In this document: in pieces, positions 35,881-45,635 of the stretch
Layout: each line of letters starts with the position of its first letter
How positions within the stretch are numbered: position 1 is the first letter of the stretch
Source: a virus
Taxonomy: Duplodnaviria > Caudoviricetes
Length of the DNA: 47,004 bases
IMG/VR virus record: IMGVR_UViG_3300030433_002369
Span: 1 to 47,004 of that record
Strand: one strand, 5' to 3'
Made by a program: the position numbers and the translations under genes
The notes under the pieces: model-generated
What the model saw: only the letters and a program-made list of their open reading frames with translations
What the model was told of the DNA's origin: nothing
The model's database searches: none

Positions 35881-36681
35881 ATGGCACTTTTTTCGGATGA
35901 TCAAAATATTGGTGGGCAACTTAAGGTAGGAGTTGGTGTAGTTCCCGCTGTTGGAGAGGGTCCAGCAAAAGTAAACGGATCTATGTATTGTGAAGGTCCT
36001 GCTGTTTTTGGTGGTGCCACAGAATTCATCACACCATATGCAACAGTTTGTATTGGTGCATATGCAAACTCTGATGATTCTCCAGTATCATCACTCGCTG
36101 GAATTACACCAGGTCTTCTCCTGCCAGGAGGAAACCATAGTCCTTATTCTTTGGCAGTTTCTGGTCCGACAGCATTACTTGGTGTAGTTGATACAGAAAC
36201 TGATGTTTTTGCCGGTGGTAATATAATTGCCCAAGGACATGTGATGTCTAATAATGGCGGACATGTTCTTGCTGCGAAGAAGAACTTTGATATTCCTCAC
36301 CCGACTAGAGACGGATATAGATTACGTCATACTTGTCCTGAAGGACCATCCAATGATGTGTATTGTAGGGGAAAAGTAGTTAATAAAAAAGAGATTATAC
36401 TGCCTACATATTGGAAGGGGTTAGTTGATTGGACTACAATTACGGTTAATCTTACTCCTATTGGAGCACATCAAAATGTGATCGTCAAAAGAGTTGATGA
36501 GGAGAAAGTTTACCTCCAGTCTAATGGTGGTATACCAATCAATTGCTATTATCACATCTTTGCAGAGAGAGCAGATGGTGAGAGACTTATTCCTGAATAT
36601 GAAGGAGAGACACCAGCAGATTACCCCGGAAACAATGATGAATATTCTGTTTCTGGATACCACTACGATAAGAGAGGATAA
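35881..36681 (+). CDS. Virion protein with C-terminal FDIPH...EGP domain (chaperone-like)
   Basis: Beta-rich N-terminus followed by KKNFDIPHP...RLRHTCPEGP...YEGETPADYPG. Confidence 0.65.
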   Translation: MALFSDDQNIGGQLKVGVGVVPAVGEGPAKVNGSMYCEGPAVFGGATEFITPYATVCIGAYANSDDSPVSSLAGITPGLLLPGGNHSPYSLAVSGPTALLGVVDTETDVFAGGNIIAQGHVMSNNGGHVLAAKKNFDIPHPTRDGYRLRHTCPEGPSNDVYCRGKVVNKKEIILPTYWKGLVDWTTITVNLTPIGAHQNVIVKRVDEEKVYLQSNGGIPINCYYHIFAERADGERLIPEYEGETPADYPGNNDEYSVSGYHYDKRG

Positions 36682-36683
36682 TA

Positions 36684-37382
36684 ATGGCATTTGAATACTT
36701 ACCACCAAAGTTAAATTGGAATACTCACTGTGGAGATCAACCAACTTTTGGTAGATTCTCCACGATGTTTGATTATCCAACTAAAGGAATCACTCAAGCA
36801 TCTGATTATCCACCAGAAGCATGTCAACCTTGGTTGCACTTTAATATGCGATTGGGTAATCTTGCAATCGATAATACATTGCAAGTTGGTGCAACTGGAG
36901 TTTATGGTGGAAATGTTACTGCTCCAACTTTCATTGGTAACCTCATCGGCAATGTCACTGGTAGAGCCAGTGGAAACAAGTCTTTTGATATTCCGCACGT
37001 AACTCAACCAGGAAAAAGGATTAGGCACGTATGTGCTGAAGGACCTGAAGCCGGAATATACATCCGTGGAAGATTAACAGGTAAAAATGTTATTAACCTT
37101 CCAGATTATTGGGATGGACTTGTTGACCCAGAAACTATTACAGTAACTCTAACTCAAATTGGATCTTCTCAAGATCTCATCGTAGATGCTATCGAATGGG
37201 GTAAACGAGTCAAAGTAAAGTCTGGTAATGGAACTAACATCGATTGTTTTTATGAGGTATGGGTGGCTCGTCACATAAACCCAGAAAATCATGATGAAAA
37301 ACTGCACGTTGTTTATGAAGGCGAGTCTCCAGCAGATTATCCTGGGGATAATGACAACTTTATTGTTGGAGGTTATCAATAA
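36684..37382 (+). CDS. Paralog of the upstream gene (same C-terminal domain)
   Basis: KSFDIPH...RIRHVCAEGP...YEGESPADYPG. Confidence 0.65.
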   Translation: MAFEYLPPKLNWNTHCGDQPTFGRFSTMFDYPTKGITQASDYPPEACQPWLHFNMRLGNLAIDNTLQVGATGVYGGNVTAPTFIGNLIGNVTGRASGNKSFDIPHVTQPGKRIRHVCAEGPEAGIYIRGRLTGKNVINLPDYWDGLVDPETITVTLTQIGSSQDLIVDAIEWGKRVKVKSGNGTNIDCFYEVWVARHINPENHDEKLHVVYEGESPADYPGDNDNFIVGGYQ

Positions 37383-38431
37383 TGGCAAATCCGTTTGAGG
37401 ACAAACAGAATACTACTGGTGGAAAAGCAGGATTTGCTGCTTTTAAAGAACTGCAAGTAGACAAATCATATGATGATGAAACACTAAAGACAAATCCTGG
37501 TGCTCCTTTACCTACTCCTGTCGCAAATCCTCCTACAGAATTTACTGAAGGTAGAGATAATGTAAATCGACCTGATTATGAGGGTATTCAGGTTCAGAAA
37601 TTTAAGGACTTTAAGAAAACTGCTGAAGCAATGGATGATATTCTTGAGAGAGAATATATCGATCCAATCAATGAAAAGAAGCAACAAATTGTCAGTATAA
37701 TGGCAACAGCATTTGGTGGTATACCTGCCTCTAGTCCTCCTTCTAATCAGCAATTAATTGCATCAACTGGATCTGCACCAGATACAGGTGTTGCTTATCA
37801 AGCAGGAATTAGCACATTTGTCTATGCAACCATACCAGGAACACCTGATCCAACAGATGTTATTGGTGTAAGAGCACAAGTTTTTCCAGATATTTTAGCA
37901 GCATATCACTATCCTGTATTATCTAATGACGATCATGGTCCAAATGATCTTCCTCTAGCCAATGGAACTTTTATCAAGGCATCTAGAACAAAAACTGGAT
38001 CTGCTTATTATTCAACCAATACTTTGGGGATTGGGCAGACTGTTTATCAGTCTGGAGACAATGATTATTCGGGTGCAGTAGGTGTAGTAACCGCTCAAAC
38101 TGCATTAGGATTTGTATATTTCTTTGGTGGATCAGAAAACTCTAATGGTATTGGTGCAAATATAAACAACCTAACATCTGGTGCTCAAAGTCAGATTTCG
38201 GGATTGATTGACGAAATTGATGATCTGAGATCTAATTTACGTATTCGTATTGGACCTCCACATGTAAACAATAGTGCAGGAATCAACACCCTTAGACAGA
38301 GTAAACTTCAGGATGAACTAGCAGTATGGTATCAAGAGGCGGGCAATAGGACAACAAACATTTCTGATTTCCAAGGCGGCATGGATGCTCTTGTTGGAAA
38401 CGCCACATCGATTTCCCAGTACAACGGTTGA
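37382..38431 (+). CDS. Hypothetical virion protein
   Basis: 349-aa ORF at the end of the late operon. Confidence 0.65.
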   Translation: MANPFEDKQNTTGGKAGFAAFKELQVDKSYDDETLKTNPGAPLPTPVANPPTEFTEGRDNVNRPDYEGIQVQKFKDFKKTAEAMDDILEREYIDPINEKKQQIVSIMATAFGGIPASSPPSNQQLIASTGSAPDTGVAYQAGISTFVYATIPGTPDPTDVIGVRAQVFPDILAAYHYPVLSNDDHGPNDLPLANGTFIKASRTKTGSAYYSTNTLGIGQTVYQSGDNDYSGAVGVVTAQTALGFVYFFGGSENSNGIGANINNLTSGAQSQISGLIDEIDDLRSNLRIRIGPPHVNNSAGINTLRQSKLQDELAVWYQEAGNRTTNISDFQGGMDALVGNATSISQYNG

Positions 38432-38456
38432 CACCTCACCGTATCCAGTGTATAAT
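38428..38456 (+). promoter_or_regulatory. Consensus sigma70 promoter for the small-ORF/tRNA island
   Basis: TTGACA-N17-TATAAT, a perfect match. Confidence 0.85.
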
Positions 38457-38479
38457 ATACAGGTAATCAAACGAACCCC

Positions 38480-38677
38480 ATGCAAGACGAGTACCTGACA
38501 CGCTGTGTTGTCGATCCCGTGTCCCGTAAGTTCTTTCTGTACTCTAATGAAGGTGAAGAGCGTGTCGTGGATTGTGAAACCGTGGATCAGTTCATGGCAG
38601 TGCTTGAGTTGGTGCGTGACAAGTGTGATGAAGACACACTGGCGTATGCCGACCCCCTAACCAAAAACGAGCTTTAA
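38480..38677 (+). CDS. Hypothetical protein
   Basis: First ORF after the promoter. Confidence 0.7.
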   Translation: MQDEYLTRCVVDPVSRKFFLYSNEGEERVVDCETVDQFMAVLELVRDKCDEDTLAYADPLTKNEL

Positions 38678-38783
38678 TTCCAAAAAAGGTCGAAAAAAAA
38701 TTCGCCAAAATTTTTGCTCTATTACTTTTTTATGAATTATTATTCGCCCATCCTTTACAAAGAAATCCTAGAGTGCTACGATT

Positions 38784-38936
38784 ATGAGACCAGAAACCCG
38801 ACAATCTATGGAAATGTTGTTCGCGGCGAAATGGAATTTACCCAAAGCAGCGAAGAACTGCAATCTGACGGACAAGGAGATGAAGATTACCTTCAATGAA
38901 TATTGCCGTCTCAATCCTCCTACCTGGGAGGGTTGA
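38784..38936 (+). CDS. Small hypothetical protein (MRPETRQSMEMLFAAKWNLPKAAKNC...)
   Basis: 50-aa ORF found manually, ending 6 nt before the tRNA; HTH-like spacing. Confidence 0.55.
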   Translation: MRPETRQSMEMLFAAKWNLPKAAKNCNLTDKEMKITFNEYCRLNPPTWEG

Positions 38937-38942
38937 TTCCTT

Positions 38943-39027
38943 GGGAGCGTGGCGGAATCGGTAGACGCACCAGACTTAAAATCTGTTGACCGTAAAGGTC
39001 GTGGGGGTTCAAGTCCCCCCGCTCCTA
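38943..39027 (+). tRNA. trnL: tRNA-Leu(TAA)
   Basis: Acceptor GGGAGCG/CGCTCCT; anticodon loop CT-TAA-AA; long variable arm; GTTCAAGT T-loop; CCA not encoded. Confidence 0.95.
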
Positions 39028-39065
39028 TTGCTCCACTAAATATAGTGGGGTACACTATAAGTGCC

Positions 39066-39341
39066 ATGAAGTACCAACTCGAAACCGAATACGCTTGGTA
39101 TGACACTCCGGAAGGAAGCAAGGTTATTTTGGTATATTTTATTCAGAATGTACCTTTTACTTTCGACGAACTTCCAGAGATTGCACGAAATCTTCCAGAG
39201 GTAACTCAATCTGCCGATGGAAATAAAAGATGGTCTACAGAAGAGATGTACAAAGCAAGTATGTATTTGATGGCAGAAGAATGCCATCCTATGATGTACG
39301 AGTTAGAGATTGAGAATCCAGAACTTCTACCTGTAGATTGA
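39066..39341 (+). CDS. Hypothetical protein between the tRNAs
   Basis: ATG at 39066; CTAAATA at 39036. Confidence 0.7.
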   Translation: MKYQLETEYAWYDTPEGSKVILVYFIQNVPFTFDELPEIARNLPEVTQSADGNKRWSTEEMYKASMYLMAEECHPMMYELEIENPELLPVD

Positions 39342-39342
39342 T

Positions 39343-39414
39343 GCCTCTGTAGCTCAGTGGTAGAGCAGGGCTTTTGTAAAGCTCAGGTCGCAAGTTCAAA
39401 TCTTGTCGGAGGCT
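39343..39414 (+). tRNA. trnT: tRNA-Thr(TGT)
   Basis: Acceptor GCCTCTG/CGGAGGC; D-arm GCTC/GAGC; anticodon loop TT-TGT-AA; GTTCAAAT T-loop. Confidence 0.95.
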
Positions 39415-39417
39415 TCT

Positions 39418-39597
39418 ATGAAAATTAATTTATGGTATTCTAAAGGTATGCAACAGTGGAGGTGGACTTTATGTGAAGAGTTCAGGAACGGTGTAACGCA
39501 TACAGAACAGCATTCAGGTCAAAGAATCTATCTACGTGATGCAATGGATGATGTGGCAAACACCGTAGAATACATCTTAGACAAGAAGAATAAATAA
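39418..39597 (+). CDS. Hypothetical protein (MKINLWYSKGMQQWRWTL...)
   Basis: ATG just after tRNA-Thr. Confidence 0.65.
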   Translation: MKINLWYSKGMQQWRWTLCEEFRNGVTHTEQHSGQRIYLRDAMDDVANTVEYILDKKNK

Positions 39598-39637
39598 CTA
39601 TCCGTGTGAAGGAAGTACGTAATTTGTGCTAATCATT

Positions 39638-39662
39638 ACCTCCCTTAGGGGAGGTTTTTTTA
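39638..39662 (+). terminator. Rho-independent terminator
   Basis: ACCTCCC-TTAG-GGGAGGT followed by a T run. Confidence 0.85.
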
Positions 39663-39701
39663 TGGATAAATAATCCATAACAAGAACTATAGTGTAATAA
39701 G

Positions 39702-42700
39702 ATGGGTCTTTCCAGATTAGATAATTTTCTGAAGTCTACCCGTGGAACCATTCTCTATGTTGATCCTAGTAGTCTGGATGCTACAGATAGCATAGAAAAT
39801 ACGGGCAATTCATTAACTCGCCCCTTTAAGACGATTCAACGTGCTCTGATTGAGTCTGCTAGATTTTCCTACCAGAGAGGATTAGACAACGATAGATTTG
39901 GTAAGACTACCATTCTACTCTATCCTGGAGAGCATATTGTTGATAATAGACCCGGATTTGTTCCTTTTGGTTCTAATCAATATTATCTGAGAAATGGTGG
40001 AACTACGAATGATCTTCCCCCTTTCGATCTTAACTCAAATTTTGATTTAGATTCTCCAAACAACGAGTTATACAAGCTTAATAGTATTCATGGTGGTGTT
40101 ATCCTTCCAAGAGGAACATCTATTGTTGGTCTTGACCTGAGAAAGACTACTATTAGACCAAAGTATGTCCCAGATCCAACCAACGCAAATATTGAAAGAT
40201 CTGCCCTCTTCAGATTAACTGGTGCTTGCTATATTTGGCAGTTCTCCATGTTTGATGGAGACCCAAATGGTAAAGTATATAAGGATTACACTCAGAACAC
40301 CTTTGTTCCTAACTTCTCTCACCATAAACTAACTTGTTTTGAGTATGCAGATGGCGTAAATCCTGTTGAGATCAACGATACCTTCTTACAATACTCTACA
40401 ACCAGAACTGATCTGGATATGTATTATGAGAAAGTTGGTCTTGTATATGGTCAAGCATCTGGTCGTCAAATTTCTCCAGATTATCCAAGTGCTGGTCTTG
40501 ACATTCAACCAAAAATTGATGAATTTAGAATTGTTGGACCTACTGGTGGTCTTGTAAACATTACGAATATTTTTGCCGGAGACGGAACAACACCAACAAC
40601 TGATGTTACTGTAGAATTAGAAGCAAATAATCCAGCAACATCAGGACTGGAAGTTGATACTCCATTCAGAATTGCTGATGTTAGCGCCGAATACAATGGG
40701 TCATTTGTTGTATCAGAGAAACTCTCTGCAACATCAATCAAGTATCAAGTTCAAAATGCACCCGTAGTTGCAAATCCATCAGCAACGGATGCAACTCTTG
40801 CACTTTCATCTGATACTGTAACCTCAGCATCACCATATATCTTTAACGTATCATTGAGATCCGTATTTGGTATGTGTGGTGTTCATGCTGACGGTGATAA
40901 AGCGACTGGATTTAGATCCATGGTTATCGCACAGTTCACTGGCATTGGTCTACAGAAAGATGATAATGCATTTGTCATCTATAATGATGATGAAATTCCA
41001 ACTGGCGTATATGATGACAAAAACAAATCTGGTAATGAAACTCTTAGTACAAAATCTAAAGCAAGATATAAACCAGATTATAGAAACTTCCACGTAAAGG
41101 TATCAAATAATTCCTTTATTCAAGCAGTTTCGATCTTTGCTATTGGATATGCAGAGCACTTTGTGACAGAGAATGGTGGTGATATTTCACTGACCAACTC
41201 AAACTCAAACTTCGGTGCTAATGCACTGACTTCTGGTGGATTTAGGAATACTGCATTTAATCAAGATAATACCGCATATATTTCCCACATATTACCACCT
41301 AAAGAAGTTCCATTAACAGAATCTTCTTTAGAATTTAATGCAATTGACGTTGCTAAAACCGTTGGTTTATCGTCTACTGGCAAATTATTCATCTATGATG
41401 CATCAAACGCTGATGTTCCACCCGAGAACGTAATTGAAGGATTTAGAATTGGTGCTAGAGTAAATGATAATTTAAAACTCTTGGTTCCTCAAGGTGGTGT
41501 AACTAATGAGCACAGTGCTAGAATCATCATGGATGGTGTCACATCCACCGATGGAGTTCTGGTCGAAGAATCCACATCAGAGAAATCATTTAATGTAAGG
41601 AGAGTTGCTGGAATCAACAGCATTGGTAGTAATAGTGATGGTGGGGTTAAATATACAATCACTCTGGAAGGAGCTCACAACTTTATAAATGGTGAAACGG
41701 TTCGTGTTATTGGCGAAACGGGTCAGATTCCTGATGGATTGGAAGCAAATACTGTTTATAATGTAATTACCACTTCAGATACCGGTATTAGCACCAATAC
41801 TAATATTAAACTTGCTAAAACGCTTAATGATGCTCTCAATGATCAAGAATTACCAATCAATGGTAATGGTGGACTTCTTAAGATTGTAAGTAGAGTTTCT
41901 GATAAGAACTCTGGAGACCTTGGTCACCCTATTCAATATATTGGAACAGGAAATACCACTGGATGGTATATTAATGTTGCCACTGCATCTACCGAAAACA
42001 GTGTTTATTCGACTATTGCAGGACTTGGAACTGCAGGACTTGGCGAAGCAACCTCAAGAACATTCGTCAACAGAAGAAATGATAATAGAGAATCTAATGA
42101 TACTCTGTATAGAGTAAGATATGTTATTCCAAAAGATGGTAAGTTTACTGCAAGACCTCCTGTCGAAGGATACATCTTACAAGAAACAAGCACGTCAATT
42201 GGATCTACCGTTGAGATTCCAAAATATTTTGGATCTGGAGATCTTAACAACAGAAATGACTTAAGAAACTTTAAGTTTATTGCTGATGCAACGTGGACTG
42301 CAAATACTGCAACCATCACAACAGAACTTCCACACAATCTTAGTGTAGGATCTGGTGTTCAACTGTCTAATGTTAAGAGTGTCAATAACACTACTGCTGC
42401 TCAGAATTCTGGATTTAACAGAGATTTTGTTGTAACCGGTATTTCTAGTGCAAAGCAGTTTAGTGTAGGACTGAACACAGATCCTGGAGCATTTACTAAC
42501 GATACAACTTCTAGAACCACTTCTCTTCCAAACTTTAAGAGAACAAGATATGATGATACTTACTATGTCTATAGAATTTCTGAAACACAGAAGTATATCA
42601 GCGGAGACCAAGATGGTATTTACTATCTGACCCTTCTGAATGCATCTAACAGTCCAACTGTAACACCATTTACTGAAGAAAAATATTCTCAACCAGTTAA

Positions 42701-45635
42701 GAGGATGTTCCCTCAAACTGATAGAGACAATCCAGTATCCGACCCACAGTCATCTCAGTGCTTTGCCGACTCTGAGACCATTGGTCTGGTTGAAATCAAT
42801 GATCCTAAGAAAAGTATAACCAGAGAAACTATTGACAAATTCGTCAAAGATGCTGACGTTGGTGTTGGTATAACTGATATTGTTTCTTCTACTGGAACTG
42901 CTCACACTATTCATACTAACATTGATCATGGACTTAATAGAGTTCTGAAACTGAAGATCAACGGAACTGGTGGATCTGATTATGGAACCGGTGGTGGATC
43001 TGAGGAAACCTATTATAATGCAAGACTTGTTTCTATCGGAGCATCTACAACCGGAAAACATGCTACTGCAAAAGTTACCGTAAGTGCGGCGGGAACTATT
43101 AGTGACATCATCGTGATGGATGGTGGTAGTGCATATGGTATCGGTAATACAATGAATGTTATTGGTATTACCACAAGTGGAACATCACATACACCTGCAG
43201 TTGTAGAGGTTGAGAAAATCTACGACAACGTGGGTGATGTTATTAGAGTTACCGGTGTTTCTTCTGAGTCTTATGCTGGATACAATGATCTTTACAGAAT
43301 TACTAATGTTGGATTAGGATCAGACACTATATTCGAGGCAACTTCTGCTTCTAGTGTTTCTAATATCTCCGATGCCGTTGGCGGAACTCTTACATCAAAT
43401 GCTCATTTGTATCTGACTGGACAATCAATTGCAGTCAGTGGAATTATATACGATTTTGCCTCTGGAATTGCAACAGTTAATACTTCCGCAGCACACGGTC
43501 TGAGAGTTGACAATAAGATTAGAATCACTGGAGCAGGTAATACTGCATATAATGGTTCATTTGTCGTTACTGAAAACGTAACTCAGACTAGATTTAAGGT
43601 CAACATTGGCGTTGGAACTGAATCTCCTGTAGAATCTAGTTCCACCATATTTGCACTCCCTGAAGGATTTGCATCTCAAAATGGTAGTGTAACTATTAAT
43701 GATGAAAACACTGGTGGAAGAATGGTTGCACCTTATGCGGGCATCACTACTACCATTTCTGGATCGGTTACAACTGCAACTGGATCTGCTATTCCTATCA
43801 CTGGACTTAACTTCACCAACTCGGATATTAGAATTGGCGATTATTTACAAGTCGATGATGAAATTGTAAGAGTTAAGAACACTGTTGCTCCTGGAGCTAA
43901 TTCTGTTAATGTCTATCGTGGCGTTCTTGGAACTAAGGCAACAACACACGATCTTGGTGCAGTAATCAAGAGAGTTAAACCTTTCGAGACAGAATTACGC
44001 AGACACTCAATTATTCGTGCTTCTGGTCATACATTTGAGTATGTTGGATTTGGTCCTGGTAACTATTCTACCGCATTCCCTGACAAGCATGATCGTTCTA
44101 TCTCTCCTGATGAAGAACTGTTAGCACAGTCTAATAAGAGAGAGGGTGGAATTAACTTCTACACCGGTATGAACGACAAGGGTATTTCATACTCTGGTAA
44201 TAAAAAACTCAGTACTATTACTGGTAGAGAAGAAATCTTTGACACTCCTGTAAGAACGATTACAGGCGAAGACATTCTTACTGAACCTGCAATTAACGTT
44301 GTCACTCCTGTTGAGGGTGTGTTCTCTAGATCTATTAAGGTTGAAGGTGGTCCAGACAATAAGACCGTCTCTGAATTTAACGGTCCTATCATTGTAAATA
44401 GCAAGATGACCGTCAATTCCGATGATGGAATTGAGGCAAATACACTGTTCTTGCAGGGTGATGCAACTGTTTCTAGAAACTACACCGTTGGTGTTTCTGC
44501 TCCAGTTCTTGCAGGAAACCCAGGAAACGTAATCTGGAAAGCAAATCCATCACAAGGTGGAACATGGGGTTATGTTTACACGACAGATAATGCCTGGCGT
44601 GCGATGGGTCCAATCAGTCTCTCTAAGGAACTGTCGATCTTCACCTTCGATCAACTCGGCATTGCAACCAATACTCCAGGACTTAACCTCCTTCAGGTTG
44701 GATCTGGAACTTCCTTGTTCGCTGTAGACGAAGATGGCGTTGGTATTGGAACAACTGCAAATGGAACTGCACTTCGTGTTATTGGTGATATTAACATTAG
44801 TGGTGTTGTTACTGCCACGAAGTTTGAGGGTGATGGTTCTTTACTCAGTAATGTAAACGTATCAGCTGCTGGTTGGACTAACATTACTGGTGCAACTCCA
44901 ATACTTTATAACACTGCTTTAAATGAAGTAGGTATTGGAACTTCGGTTGCCACTGGCGCTGATGCAACTATTGGTGCAGTTGGTTCTGCTGGAACCTCAC
45001 TTCTTGTCAATGGTGAAGCAAGATTTGCTGGTATTGTCACTGCTAATGATGTAACGGTTACTGGATTTACTACAGTCACTGGTGATTATGCAATTGAGAA
45101 CACGGGTGGACAAATCATTGCAGGAATTATTACAACCACTGATCTGTCTGTTGGCAACTTTAAGATCACCGGAAACCAAATCGGGGTTGGAACTGCTACA
45201 CCAAGAGCATTGTTAGATGTAGAGGGTGTGCTGAGAACAACTGCACTTGCAGAACATGTAGATAATAGTGATATCGATGTAACAGGTGGAGCAGGAAACC
45301 GTAAGGTAGTCTTGGATCTTGCTAAGTCTAGTGTATTTGAGATAACTGTAGACAATATCGTTGATGTGTTTGAGTTGAGAAATCCACCATCAGATGGCGG
45401 AACATTTACACTCAAGGTCACGCAAAATGGTACAGGTGGTTTCGCAGTTGATGTTGATTCCTTTAAGGATCTCAACCTAACAAATCCGATACCAGTTTAT
45501 TGGCCTGGAGGAGTTGTCCCAACAGTGACAACAACTGCTAATAGAACTGACATTTATTCATTCAAGTTCTTTGATGGTTCTTCGATTACAACTGCCGGTC
45601 TTTACGGTGTAGTCGGAGGTCAGAACTTCTCATGA
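39702..45635 (+). CDS. Very large tail-fibre/virion structural protein
   Basis: 1977 aa; ILYVDP..GNSLTRPFKTIQRA N-terminus; repeated T..AH.L..G..V.I.G beta modules; GIGT repeats; late motif at 39666. Confidence 0.8.
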   Translation: MGLSRLDNFLKSTRGTILYVDPSSLDATDSIENTGNSLTRPFKTIQRALIESARFSYQRGLDNDRFGKTTILLYPGEHIVDNRPGFVPFGSNQYYLRNGGTTNDLPPFDLNSNFDLDSPNNELYKLNSIHGGVILPRGTSIVGLDLRKTTIRPKYVPDPTNANIERSALFRLTGACYIWQFSMFDGDPNGKVYKDYTQNTFVPNFSHHKLTCFEYADGVNPVEINDTFLQYSTTRTDLDMYYEKVGLVYGQASGRQISPDYPSAGLDIQPKIDEFRIVGPTGGLVNITNIFAGDGTTPTTDVTVELEANNPATSGLEVDTPFRIADVSAEYNGSFVVSEKLSATSIKYQVQNAPVVANPSATDATLALSSDTVTSASPYIFNVSLRSVFGMCGVHADGDKATGFRSMVIAQFTGIGLQKDDNAFVIYNDDEIPTGVYDDKNKSGNETLSTKSKARYKPDYRNFHVKVSNNSFIQAVSIFAIGYAEHFVTENGGDISLTNSNSNFGANALTSGGFRNTAFNQDNTAYISHILPPKEVPLTESSLEFNAIDVAKTVGLSSTGKLFIYDASNADVPPENVIEGFRIGARVNDNLKLLVPQGGVTNEHSARIIMDGVTSTDGVLVEESTSEKSFNVRRVAGINSIGSNSDGGVKYTITLEGAHNFINGETVRVIGETGQIPDGLEANTVYNVITTSDTGISTNTNIKLAKTLNDALNDQELPINGNGGLLKIVSRVSDKNSGDLGHPIQYIGTGNTTGWYINVATASTENSVYSTIAGLGTAGLGEATSRTFVNRRNDNRESNDTLYRVRYVIPKDGKFTARPPVEGYILQETSTSIGSTVEIPKYFGSGDLNNRNDLRNFKFIADATWTANTATITTELPHNLSVGSGVQLSNVKSVNNTTAAQNSGFNRDFVVTGISSAKQFSVGLNTDPGAFTNDTTSRTTSLPNFKRTRYDDTYYVYRISETQKYISGDQDGIYYLTLLNASNSPTVTPFTEEKYSQPVKRMFPQTDRDNPVSDPQSSQCFADSETIGLVEINDPKKSITRETIDKFVKDADVGVGITDIVSSTGTAHTIHTNIDHGLNRVLKLKINGTGGSDYGTGGGSEETYYNARLVSIGASTTGKHATAKVTVSAAGTISDIIVMDGGSAYGIGNTMNVIGITTSGTSHTPAVVEVEKIYDNVGDVIRVTGVSSESYAGYNDLYRITNVGLGSDTIFEATSASSVSNISDAVGGTLTSNAHLYLTGQSIAVSGIIYDFASGIATVNTSAAHGLRVDNKIRITGAGNTAYNGSFVVTENVTQTRFKVNIGVGTESPVESSSTIFALPEGFASQNGSVTINDENTGGRMVAPYAGITTTISGSVTTATGSAIPITGLNFTNSDIRIGDYLQVDDEIVRVKNTVAPGANSVNVYRGVLGTKATTHDLGAVIKRVKPFETELRRHSIIRASGHTFEYVGFGPGNYSTAFPDKHDRSISPDEELLAQSNKREGGINFYTGMNDKGISYSGNKKLSTITGREEIFDTPVRTITGEDILTEPAINVVTPVEGVFSRSIKVEGGPDNKTVSEFNGPIIVNSKMTVNSDDGIEANTLFLQGDATVSRNYTVGVSAPVLAGNPGNVIWKANPSQGGTWGYVYTTDNAWRAMGPISLSKELSIFTFDQLGIATNTPGLNLLQVGSGTSLFAVDEDGVGIGTTANGTALRVIGDINISGVVTATKFEGDGSLLSNVNVSAAGWTNITGATPILYNTALNEVGIGTSVATGADATIGAVGSAGTSLLVNGEARFAGIVTANDVTVTGFTTVTGDYAIENTGGQIIAGIITTTDLSVGNFKITGNQIGVGTATPRALLDVEGVLRTTALAEHVDNSDIDVTGGAGNRKVVLDLAKSSVFEITVDNIVDVFELRNPPSDGGTFTLKVTQNGTGGFAVDVDSFKDLNLTNPIPVYWPGGVVPTVTTTANRTDIYSFKFFDGSSITTAGLYGVVGGQNFS

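Noticed and set aside
38714-38899. Acidic 55-61-aa ORF
   Set aside because: It overlaps the better-looking ORF 38784-38936 in another frame; dual coding cannot be excluded but is unsupported.
38949-39065. N-terminal extension of ORF 38949-39341
   Set aside because: It overlaps tRNA-Leu; the real start is most likely ATG 39066. Likewise the 39403 start overlaps tRNA-Thr.
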